From Thermoanaerobaculia bacterium (GTDB taxonomy: Bacteria > Acidobacteriota > Thermoanaerobaculia > Multivoradales > UBA5704), in assembly GCA_044226625.1 (NCBI GenBank), contig JBGAGQ010000060.1, positions 1 through 39,393 on the forward strand: a stretch of DNA of 39,393 nucleotides, in the 5' to 3' direction. Under the pieces are notes generated by a model. The model was not told where the DNA came from, made no database searches, and was given only the letters and a program-made list of their open reading frames with translations. The position numbers and the translations under genes were made by a program. How positions within the stretch are numbered: position 1 is the first letter of the stretch; every line of letters begins with the position of its first letter. This document shows positions 1 through 7,257 of the stretch, in pieces.

Positions 1-79
1 GGGCCAGGTCTTTTTGGCTCCATCCTTTGAGTTGACGGCCGAAGGCGACGGCCGTTCCGAGGTCTTCGAGGCCGTTCAT
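1..79 (-). CDS. XRE-family HTH transcriptional regulator, 5' part only (runs off the window)
   Basis: Not in the ORF track. The reverse complement of 1-79 reads ATG...MNGLEDLGTAVAFGRQLKGWSQKDLA, the typical XRE helix-1/2 pattern, similar to LAIALAFMRSSAGWSRERMA in the 597-2078 protein. Confidence 0.75.
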   Translation of the reverse strand, partial: MNGLEDLGTAVAFGRQLKGWSQKDLA

Positions 80-119
80 GTCAACTCTTTGCCGGCCGCG
101 GTGACGAAATGTAGCCGCA

Positions 120-139
120 AAGGGGGATATTTCCCCCTT
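120..139. promoter_or_regulatory. Operator-like palindrome AAGGGGGA-TATT-TCCCCCTT in a divergent intergenic region
   Basis: Perfect 8-bp arms between the XRE gene (start 79) and the peptide gene (start 224); a related site lies at 2168-2185. Confidence 0.5.
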
Positions 140-223
140 CCGGCACACCATACTTCCTGGGAGGGGCGGCCCACGGCGGCCGTGACGGTCGCCGACGGCG
201 CCGCTTCGCTATGGGAGCTATCC

Positions 224-562
224 ATGTCTCGCACTCTCCGCATCGTCAGCTTCACCCTGCTGCTCGCCGCTTTCGCCGGACCCGCCGCCCGAGCGGCCCC
301 TTGGGGCGCGCTCGATTGGCTCGATCGCCTGCGGTCGGCGCTCGGATCGATCTGGGCCGAGAACGGCTGCGGCCTCGATCCGAGCGGGCACTGTGGGGCG
401 GTAGCCATCGTTAACGGCTGTCGCCTCGACCCGAATGGACACTGCGACGGGGTCTCGGTGGCCAACGGCTGTAGCCTCGACTCGGATGGGATTTGCAACT
501 CAGCACCAATATTCAAAGGTCGCAGATTAGGCCCGGACAGCAATTCCAAAGATCGGCTGTAG
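224..562 (+). CDS. Small secreted Cys-rich repeat protein or peptide precursor (112 aa)
   Basis: GGGAG RBS at 213-217, ATG at 224. Signal peptide MSRTLRIVSFTLLLAAFAGPAARA, amphipathic Trp-rich helix, then three NGCxLD(P/S)xGxC units. Confidence 0.8.
   Translation: MSRTLRIVSFTLLLAAFAGPAARAAPWGALDWLDRLRSALGSIWAENGCGLDPSGHCGAVAIVNGCRLDPNGHCDGVSVANGCSLDSDGICNSAPIFKGRRLGPDSNSKDRL
362..547 (+). repeat. 51-bp (17-aa) intragenic tandem repeat, 3 intact copies plus 1 degenerate
   Basis: Units start at 362, 413, 464 and 515: NGCGLDPSGHC, NGCRLDPNGHC, NGCSLDSDGIC, KGRRLGPDSNS. Confidence 0.85.
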
Positions 563-596
563 TGAGTCGAGGTCGGAGGGCGCGTCTCGCCGTAGC

Positions 597-2078
597 TCAA
601 CTCTGCTCCTCCGCCTCGGCCCTTTCGAGCGGTCGTCGACGTTCAAGCCGCCGAAGAAGATCGCGAGCGGCGTCAGCCGAGGCGCTCTCGCGGCGCGCGG
701 CCTCGACCCAGAGGCTGAGCGCCGCGAGAAGCTCCCGATCTACCCCTTGGGCTCTAAAGAGAGGAAGGAGATCGTCCGCAAGGCCGCGCGCCTCGGCCGG
801 ATGGCCGGTCTCGATCCGTAGCGCAGCGAGCTCCAGCGCCGCGAGGCCGGCGTCGTATTCGATGCCTAGGTGTTTGAAGTCGCGAAAAACCTGAGCGATG
901 GCCCGAGCGCCTTCCTCCCGATCGCCGAGCCCAGCGCGCGTACGCCCTTCGAGCCAGACGACGCGCACCAGATCCAGCTCTCCTCGCTGCTCGATCGCGA
1001 TCGCCCGCACTTCGGGCAAGAGGACCGCCGCCTCGCCGAAGCGTTCGAGATGACAGAGGTTGACGATCAAGTTGAAACGAAGCACGCAATATTGCCTAGG
1101 GTCCCTGGTCCGATCGACCCATGGTGCCGCTTCCAAAAGTGAGGCAATTGCCTTCTCAGGCTCTCCTCCCTGCTCCAGGGCGAATGCCTTCTTAAGCAGC
1201 AGCCTTCCCCTCGCTTCCCCCTCCGCGCCCATCGCGAGCGCGCGGTCGAGCAGATCGAGCGCTTCGGGCAGTTGCCCGAGGTGCTTGCGAAGCGAAGCTT
1301 CGAGGTCGAGCCGACGAGACGGGTCAAGAAAGCGGTCGGGGTCTCCCCCCTCCCCCTCCTCGGCGAGTTTTTCGGAGCGGTGAAAAGCCTCCCGGGCGAG
1401 AGGTAGTTGCCCGGCCACGCGTCGGGCGTTCCCGACGAAAGCCCAGGTGCCCGAGAGCAACAAGGCCCGAAAGCGATCGGGGGCCGGCGTCAGACCTCTT
1501 GCCCGCTCGGCCGCCAAAAGTCCCAATTCCGCAAGCTCCACCGCACGGTCCGCCCGGTCGGAGGCCGCTCTCTCGCTTTCCTCCCCGAGACGCCAAGCGA
1601 GCGCCCAGCTCTCGAAGCGGGCCTCCCGCTCGACCAGGGCGCGGCGCGCCGCCGGGCTCCGCTTCGAAAGCTCTTCCCAGAGCTTCCCCGCGCGCGTCCG
1701 CTCCTCCTCCGCCTCCAGCCGCCGCGCCAGGAGCGCCAGCTCTTCGGTAAGGAACGCCGCGAGGTCCACGCCGACCTGGGCGATCGCCGTTTCCTTCTCC
1801 GAGACTTTTCTTCCGGGGGCGCTCGCTCCGGCCGCCGATTGCGCCCGCCGCCGGGCGACCTCGGCGAGCACCTCGTCGAGATCGGCGGGGGAAAAGCCGA
1901 GCAGGCCCGCGAGCGACTCGGCGCGCCGGCGCGAAAGCCGGCGATGACCGGACTCCCATTCGCCGATCTTCTTCCGGGTCGTACGTCCGACCTCGGCCAT
2001 GCGCTCCCGGCTCCATCCGGCGGACGAGCGCATGAACGCCAGCGCGATCGCCAGCGGAGGGGGCGGATTCCACACCAT
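597..2078 (-). CDS. XRE-family HTH plus TPR-like helical-repeat regulator (~493 aa)
   Basis: N-terminal HTH (GWSRERMAEVGRTTRKKIGEWESGHRRLS) followed by TPR-like helices (WAFVGNARRVAGQLPLAREAFHRS; GQLPEALDLLDRAL; GEPEKAIASL). ATG at 2078 preferred over the upstream TTG. Confidence 0.85.
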   Translation of the reverse strand: MVWNPPPPLAIALAFMRSSAGWSRERMAEVGRTTRKKIGEWESGHRRLSRRRAESLAGLLGFSPADLDEVLAEVARRRAQSAAGASAPGRKVSEKETAIAQVGVDLAAFLTEELALLARRLEAEEERTRAGKLWEELSKRSPAARRALVEREARFESWALAWRLGEESERAASDRADRAVELAELGLLAAERARGLTPAPDRFRALLLSGTWAFVGNARRVAGQLPLAREAFHRSEKLAEEGEGGDPDRFLDPSRRLDLEASLRKHLGQLPEALDLLDRALAMGAEGEARGRLLLKKAFALEQGGEPEKAIASLLEAAPWVDRTRDPRQYCVLRFNLIVNLCHLERFGEAAVLLPEVRAIAIEQRGELDLVRVVWLEGRTRAGLGDREEGARAIAQVFRDFKHLGIEYDAGLAALELAALRIETGHPAEARGLADDLLPLFRAQGVDRELLAALSLWVEAARRESASADAARDLLRRLERRRPLERAEAEEQS

Positions 2079-2167
2079 TCGAAGCTCTCTCGGGTCTCCT
2101 AAGGTACGGTGCCGGACCGATTCAACCCGTGACACCGAACGAGAACATCGTTCCGCGGATCGCAACA

Positions 2168-2185
2168 AGGGGGGAAATAGCCCCT
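2168..2185. promoter_or_regulatory. Operator-like imperfect palindrome AGGGGG-N6-GCCCCT upstream of the XRE-TPR gene
   Basis: The minus strand of 2170-2184 (GGGGCTATTTCCCCC) matches 123-137 (GGGGATATTTCCCCC) at 14/15. Confidence 0.45.
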
Positions 2186-2257
2186 CCCTCCACGCCGCGA
2201 TGCAGCCGTTGACAGAATACCGGATACGGAAAGGAACCGGGCTCCTAAACTTTTTCC

Positions 2258-3127
2258 ATGGGCGACACCCCGCTTCCCTCGGCCACCCGGCGCCGCCAGT
2301 CCATCCAAGGCGCTCGCTCGGTCCCCTCGCAGGCTCCGGACACGAAGGCCCTCCTCCCGCCTTCTTCCCCTCCCTCCGAGCCGGAGCGCGACCCGGGGCC
2401 GGACGATCGGATCCGCTTCCGCCGCCTGGGCCGCTGGCTTCTCCTCCGGGGAGAGCGGGGCACCCGGGAGGGGGATTTCGCGAGCGGCGCCATCGAGTTC
2501 GAGCGCGCCGCCTGGGCTTTCGAGAGGGCCGGCGAGCCGCTCGCCGCCGCCGAGGCGACGCTGGAACTGGGCCGGTGCCTCCTGTTCCTACGCTTTTCCG
2601 ACCGCCTCGCCTCGCTCGCCGACAGGATCGAGAAGCTTTCCAAGGAGGGCACCGAGCCGCTACCGATCGGCGGTCGCATCACCCTCCGGGTCTGGGCCGC
2701 CATCCTCCGCCGCGGCGAGAACGAGCCCGGGCCACTGCTGACGCTCATTCGGGTACGTCGAGGCGTTCGTCAGGCCGCGGCTGCCGCTTCGACGGGCCGA
2801 ACCGGTCCCGGAGGGCTCCCTCTGATGGACACCGTACCGCCCCACGGTCCCATCGCGCCCATCAGGACGGGCGGCTGGCGCGACGACGACTGGAGCTTGA
2901 GCCCCGAGGGGGCATGGTTCGTCCTGGTCCTCGACGGTCCCTCCGCGGTGGAGCGGGTTCAAGAAGGACGCCGCATCGTCGAACTGGGCCGCTCCCTCGA
3001 CTGCTCCGTCACCTGGGAAATCGAGAGACGCCGGGTCGTCGTGAAGGTGACCGCCGACCATCGCGGCTACGCGCTCCTCTCCGCGCTCCGGGAGGAGACC
3101 CGCGCGGCGGCCGGCGCCGCGTCGTAG
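2258..3127 (+). CDS. Hypothetical protein with a TPR-like segment resembling the C-terminus of the neighbouring XRE-TPR regulator
   Basis: 289-aa ATG ORF; residues 57-153 align by eye to the regulator C-terminus; separate alpha/beta-like C-terminal part. Confidence 0.7.
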   Translation: MGDTPLPSATRRRQSIQGARSVPSQAPDTKALLPPSSPPSEPERDPGPDDRIRFRRLGRWLLLRGERGTREGDFASGAIEFERAAWAFERAGEPLAAAEATLELGRCLLFLRFSDRLASLADRIEKLSKEGTEPLPIGGRITLRVWAAILRRGENEPGPLLTLIRVRRGVRQAAAAASTGRTGPGGLPLMDTVPPHGPIAPIRTGGWRDDDWSLSPEGAWFVLVLDGPSAVERVQEGRRIVELGRSLDCSVTWEIERRRVVVKVTADHRGYALLSALREETRAAAGAAS

Positions 3128-3158
3128 CGGAACCCCTCGGCTCCGTCCCTCTCCAGAG

Positions 3159-3196
3159 AAAAAAGAAAGTTTTCGAAAAACTATCGTTTTCTCGGA
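3159..3196 (+). repeat. 38-bp AT-rich palindromic box, copy 1
   Basis: AAAAAAGAAAGTTTTCGAAAAACTATCGTTTTCTCGGA is identical at 6189-6226; both copies are followed 9 nt later by GGTAGGGT. Confidence 0.95.
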
Positions 3197-3302
3197 CAGG
3201 TGCGAGGTAGGGTCCGGCCTCGACGACCTATCTCTCCGCGCGGTCCGGCGCTCTCGGGTTACGCCGGGACTTCGGGCAGCCGGCTGGGGAGCCTCCCTCG
3301 CC

Positions 3303-3331
3303 TTGACTTGAGGTGCTACATGTAGCACATT
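3303..3331 (+). promoter_or_regulatory. Sigma70-type promoter with a perfect 16-bp operator palindrome
   Basis: TTGACT (3303-3308), 17-nt spacer, CACATT (3326-3331). GTGCTACATGTAGCAC (3313-3328) overlaps it. The ATG at 3338 falls at the expected +1, so the mRNA is probably leaderless. Typical Phd/YefM autoregulation layout. Confidence 0.75.
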
Positions 3332-3337
3332 GAAGGC

Positions 3338-4045
3338 ATGCGCCAAGCCGGTATCCGAGAGGCGCGCCAGAACCTCTCGCTCCTCCTCCAGTTCGTCGCC
3401 CAGGGCCACGAGATCAGCATCACGGACCGCGGCCGGCCCGTGGCTCGCCTCGTCGCTCCGCTGCCGCTGTCACCCAAGGGATTTCCGGATCGCTCCAAAT
3501 TCCGCCGTTCGATGCCCACGTTCGAGCCGCCGGTGTCGGTCACCGTGGCGGGAGCGCGCCACGTGACGATCGAACGAAGCTGGCCGAAGGATCTGGTCGG
3601 ACCGCTCTATCTCGACGGCAGCGCGATCGCGAAGCTCTACCTCCCGGAACGCGAGAGCACTCCGTTTGCGAAGCTCCTCGAAGGGCGGCGGGATCTCACC
3701 GTGTCCGACCTCGCCGTCACCGAAGTCATGACGTTCGTCGGCCAGCGCTTGGTGGAGCTGCCGGAAGACCGGCGATCTCCGACCTCCGGGGAGCTCCACT
3801 CGGCTCTTCTCGAGGATCTCGAAGGAGGGAGTTTCCGCCGCGTCGAGTTGTCGCCGTCGACCCATCGGGCCGCGGAACGGGTGGCGCTCTCCCTCGGGGC
3901 CGCCCACCCGCTGCGGCCGGGGCAGGTCCTGCACCTCGCCTTGGCCTTGACCGCCGGCGTCGCCGCCTTGGTCACCTTCGACGCCGATCTGGCCGGCGCC
4001 GCGGGCGCTCTCGGCCTCAAGGCGATCCCCGGGGCGAAATCGTGA
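3338..4045 (+). CDS. Fused Phd/YefM antitoxin - PIN (VapC-like) domain protein
   Basis: N-terminal GIREARQNLSLLL...EISITDRGRPVARLV (Phd/YefM); C-terminal YLDGSAIAK...TEV...HLALAL...VTFDADL (PIN); no stop between them. Confidence 0.85.
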   Translation: MRQAGIREARQNLSLLLQFVAQGHEISITDRGRPVARLVAPLPLSPKGFPDRSKFRRSMPTFEPPVSVTVAGARHVTIERSWPKDLVGPLYLDGSAIAKLYLPERESTPFAKLLEGRRDLTVSDLAVTEVMTFVGQRLVELPEDRRSPTSGELHSALLEDLEGGSFRRVELSPSTHRAAERVALSLGAAHPLRPGQVLHLALALTAGVAALVTFDADLAGAAGALGLKAIPGAKS

Positions 4046-5778
4046 ACCGCATCGGCGCCGCCCTGCGCGCGAGCTTCGCCCGAGGCTACGGCGCGGCGGA
4101 CCTGCGCGCCGACGTCCTCGCGGGCGTCGTCGTGGGGATGGTGGCGCTCCCGCTTTCGATGGCTCTGGCGATCGCTTCGGGGGTGCCTCCACGCCACGGG
4201 CTCTATACCGCGATCGTAGCGGGGATCGCGATCGCCGGTCTGGGAGGCTCCTCGGTTCAGGTCTCGGGACCGACGGCCGCCTTCGTCGTGATCTTGGCGC
4301 CGATCGCAACGCGCTTCGGCGTCGGCGGACTCCTGGTCGCGGGCGCGCTCGCGGGGGTCCTGCTGATCCTCATGAGCTTCGCCGGCTTCGGACAGCTGAT
4401 CCGATTCGTCCCGGCTCCGGTGACGACCGGCTTCACCGCCGGCATCGCCGTGGTGATCGCGGTGCTCCAGCTCCGGGATTTCCTGGGGCTCGACGTCGCC
4501 AAGCTTCCGGAGCATTTTCTCGACCGGGTGGTCGCCCTCGGCCATGCCCTTCCGACGCTCAAGGCTGCGGACTTCGCCGTGGGCGGCTTGACGCTCGCGC
4601 TGCTGATCCTATGGCCCCGGTGGACGCGAAAAGTCCCTGCGCCGCTGGTGGCGCTCGCCGTCGGCGCCCTCGCGTCGTGGCTCCTGTCCAGGCATCCCGG
4701 CTGGAGCGTCGCGACGATCGGAAGCCGCTTTTCCTATCAGGAAGGCGGGGCATGGGTCCAAGGCATTCCCCGCCATCCGCCGCTCTTCGACCTGCCCTGG
4801 CGGTTGCCGGGGCCCGAAGGCGGTTCGCTCACGATGAGCTTCGATTTGATTCGCGCCCTGATCCCCTCCGCGTTCGCGATCGCGATGCTCGGCGGGATCG
4901 AATCGCTTCTCTCCGCGGTCGTCGCGGACGGCATGACCGGCGAGCGCCACGACCCGGATTCCGAGCTGTTCGCCCAAGGCGTCGGCAACCTGGTGGCCCC
5001 GTTTTTCGGCGGGATCGCCGCGACCGGCGCCATCGCCCGGACCGCGACCAACGTTCGCGCAGGCGCCCGATCGCCGATCGCCGCGATAACGCACTCCATT
5101 TTCGTGCTCGCGAGCCTGCTCCTTCTCGCCCCCGGGTTGAGCCTGCTTCCGATGGCGTCCCTCGCCGCGTTGCTCTTGCTGGTCGCGTGGAACATGGCGG
5201 AGGCCAAACACTTCCGGCATCTCCTCCAGGTCGCGCCGCGCAGCGATGCCCTGGTCCTCGTGACCTGTTTCCTTCTCACCGTCTTCTTCGACATGACCGT
5301 CGCGGTCACCGCGGGGGTGATCCTGGCCGCGTTGCTCGTCCTACGCCGTATGGCACAGATCTCCGGCGGCGAGGCGATCACGGGGAACCACGCGCTCTAC
5401 GGAACGCTGCCCAAAGGGATTCTCCTCTACGAGGTCACAGGTCCACTCATCTTCGGCGCGGCGCAGAAGGCCATGTCCGCGTTGCGTGTCGTCGATCGCG
5501 GCGGGGTCCGGATCGTGGTCCTCAACCTGAGGGCGACCTTGGCCCTCGACGCGACGGGGCTGGTCCTGGTCGAAGAGACGATCGCCGACCTGACCCGAGC
5601 CGGCGTCCGCGTCGTTCTCATCGGCGTGCAACCGCAGCCGATGAAGGTGCTCGCGCGAGCCCATTGGCGCGGCCGAGCCGACCGGGTCCGGGTCTATCGA
5701 TCGATCGAGGCCGGCCTCGAGAGAGCCCGCCGCATGCTCGCCGCCACGGCGGGAGAAAAGGACTCTCGAGTTGACTAG
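4042..5778 (+). CDS. dauA: SulP/SLC26 family anion transporter, DauA-like, with STAS domain
   Basis: ADVLAGVVVGMVALPLSMALAIASG, GLYTAIVAG, VSGPTAAFVVILAP, IESLLSAVVADGM, TGAIARTATN, C-terminal STAS (GPLIFGAA, LDATG). GTGA overlap with the upstream gene. Confidence 0.92.
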   Translation: MNRIGAALRASFARGYGAADLRADVLAGVVVGMVALPLSMALAIASGVPPRHGLYTAIVAGIAIAGLGGSSVQVSGPTAAFVVILAPIATRFGVGGLLVAGALAGVLLILMSFAGFGQLIRFVPAPVTTGFTAGIAVVIAVLQLRDFLGLDVAKLPEHFLDRVVALGHALPTLKAADFAVGGLTLALLILWPRWTRKVPAPLVALAVGALASWLLSRHPGWSVATIGSRFSYQEGGAWVQGIPRHPPLFDLPWRLPGPEGGSLTMSFDLIRALIPSAFAIAMLGGIESLLSAVVADGMTGERHDPDSELFAQGVGNLVAPFFGGIAATGAIARTATNVRAGARSPIAAITHSIFVLASLLLLAPGLSLLPMASLAALLLLVAWNMAEAKHFRHLLQVAPRSDALVLVTCFLLTVFFDMTVAVTAGVILAALLVLRRMAQISGGEAITGNHALYGTLPKGILLYEVTGPLIFGAAQKAMSALRVVDRGGVRIVVLNLRATLALDATGLVLVEETIADLTRAGVRVVLIGVQPQPMKVLARAHWRGRADRVRVYRSIEAGLERARRMLAATAGEKDSRVD

Positions 5779-6148
5779 CGGAAGAAAAGAAGCGTCGATC
5801 GGCCTCGATCGAGACGAGCGCCATCGGATGCGGCAGCTCGCGATTTTCGACCGGGACCACCCGGCCGAGGTCGAGCTCTCGGGTTTTCGCCTCGCCGAGC
5901 TACGGGTGCGAAAAAAGCTCGTCGCGAGAATTCCCGCCGAGTTCGTCCGCCTGTACGAGCATGCCTTCGCTCGGGGAAGGATGCCCGCGGTGGTGGATCT
6001 CTACGTCGGCAAGGCGTGCGGAGGTTGCTTCCTCGCGATTCCCCCGCGCACCTGTGCCGACCTCGCCGAAATCGGCGTCATCGTGTGTCCGCACTGCGGC
6101 CGGCTGGTTCTCCTGAAGGACGAACCGAGCGACCCGACCCAGCACTGA
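5771..6148 (+). CDS. C4-type zinc-ribbon protein (zf-RING_7/DUF164 C-terminal domain-like)
   Basis: IPAEFVRLYE...AVV...CGGCFLAIPP...VCPHCGRLV. Start uncertain (TTG 5771 or ATG 5828). Confidence 0.8.
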   Translation: MTSGRKEASIGLDRDERHRMRQLAIFDRDHPAEVELSGFRLAELRVRKKLVARIPAEFVRLYEHAFARGRMPAVVDLYVGKACGGCFLAIPPRTCADLAEIGVIVCPHCGRLVLLKDEPSDPTQH

Positions 6149-6188
6149 CGGCGGCACCAAGAACGCCGAGCTTCCCTCCCGGCGAGGA

Positions 6189-6226
6189 AAAAAAGAAAGT
6201 TTTCGAAAAACTATCGTTTTCTCGGA
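6189..6226 (+). repeat. 38-bp AT-rich palindromic box, copy 2
   Basis: Identical to 3159-3196 at an offset of 3030 bp. Confidence 0.95.
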
Positions 6227-6398
6227 GGCACCTGGGGTAGGGTGACCCCCGAGCGATAGGACGCTCTTCCCCTCGTAGCTCCAAACGGACCGTCCCCCCA
6301 AATCGGCGGGCGGCCTCCCTTCTCGAAATTTCCTGATCGAACAGGCCTTTTGCGCCCGGGCGGATGCTCCGCCCGGGCCAACCGTGGAGGTGCTCTTC

Positions 6399-6719
6399 AT
6401 GAACTCCCGTACGACCGTCGTGCGCGTTTCCACCCCCGCCTCGCTCAAGTCGGAGCGGATCCAACTCCGAAACATGCCGGGCTGGACCCTTTCGGAGAAA
6501 CAGACGACCCTGCGCCGGACCTTCCGCTTTCCCACGCAGAAGCAGGCACTCGCCTTCCTCGTCCTCGCCCTCGCGACCGCCGAGCGCGCGAGCGGCTCCC
6601 GCCGCGGTCCGATTTTCAAGGTTCACGGCGAGGCCGTCACGGTGACCCTCTCGGCCCAAGGCCGGACGGTGACCGGTACGGAGTTGGATCTCGCGCGCTC
6701 CGTGAGCCTCTCGGCCTGA
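6399..6719 (+). CDS. Pterin-4a-carbinolamine dehydratase (PCD/DCoH)-fold protein lacking the catalytic His motif
   Basis: GGAGG RBS at 6386-6390. MPGWTL...LRRTFRFPTQKQALAF...VTVTLS...VTGTELDLARSV matches the PCD pattern, but HHP is absent. Confidence 0.7.
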   Translation: MNSRTTVVRVSTPASLKSERIQLRNMPGWTLSEKQTTLRRTFRFPTQKQALAFLVLALATAERASGSRRGPIFKVHGEAVTVTLSAQGRTVTGTELDLARSVSLSA

Positions 6720-6783
6720 CTCTACGCCGCCCACTCGATCCACCGGAGGGCGTCACCGCCCTCGAACCGAAGGAGGACATGTC

Positions 6784-7155
6784 ATGAACGACAACTCGTT
6801 TGCCGACAAGATCAACCGCTGGCAGATCACCGTGCAAAACATCCAAGAGGTGCTGCCTACCATCCCGGGGGTCGAGCCGCCGTTCGCGGATCTTCGCCAG
6901 AAGGTCACCGACCTGCGCGCCGCCCACGACAACGCCCAGATGTTGCGAGGCAAATTGAAGGAAGCCGTGATCGCCCGCCGAGAGCTCGACCGCGAGACCC
7001 GGCGATCGGCGCGGCGGCTGGCGGCGGTCGCCCGCGGCCAGTTGGGCTTCGACAACCCGGTGCTCGAGAGCTTCAACGTTCGGGCCGAAGGGACCCGCTC
7101 CAAGAAGGCCGCTCCCGCGATCAAGAGGGATACGCCGACCGGCCCCACGTCGTAG
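6784..7155 (+). CDS. Hypothetical helical/coiled-coil protein (123 aa)
   Basis: AGGAGG RBS at about 6771-6776; GC-rich third codon positions; amphipathic helices ending GQLGFDNPVLESFNV. Confidence 0.8.
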   Translation: MNDNSFADKINRWQITVQNIQEVLPTIPGVEPPFADLRQKVTDLRAAHDNAQMLRGKLKEAVIARRELDRETRRSARRLAAVARGQLGFDNPVLESFNVRAEGTRSKKAAPAIKRDTPTGPTS

Positions 7156-7233
7156 GCCGGCGGTGATGGCCGTGCGAGCGGGTCAACCGGAGACTCCTCG
7201 TCCGGCTTCTCGAAGACCACTACCGACAGAGGC

Positions 7234-7257
7234 AGGGGGTGCGCACCCCCTCCTTTT
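7234..7257 (+). terminator. Probable intrinsic terminator
   Basis: Perfect palindrome AGGGGGTGCGCACCCCCT followed by CCTTTT, downstream of 6784-7155. Confidence 0.55.

Noticed and set aside
14-223. 5' extension of the peptide ORF to position 14
   Set aside because: It overlaps the opposite-strand XRE gene and the promoter; the RBS and signal peptide support ATG 224.
224-562. Assigning the repeat peptide to a known RiPP class
   Set aside because: No radical SAM, YcaO, lanthipeptide synthetase, ATP-grasp or peptidase-ABC exporter gene is visible in the window.
2209-2240. TTGACA as a sigma70 promoter for 2258-3127
   Set aside because: No credible -10 hexamer at 16-18 nt spacing.
3159-6226. 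38-bp palindromic repeat as a CRISPR repeat
   Set aside because: Only two copies, 3 kb apart, with genes between them; no spacers and no cas genes.
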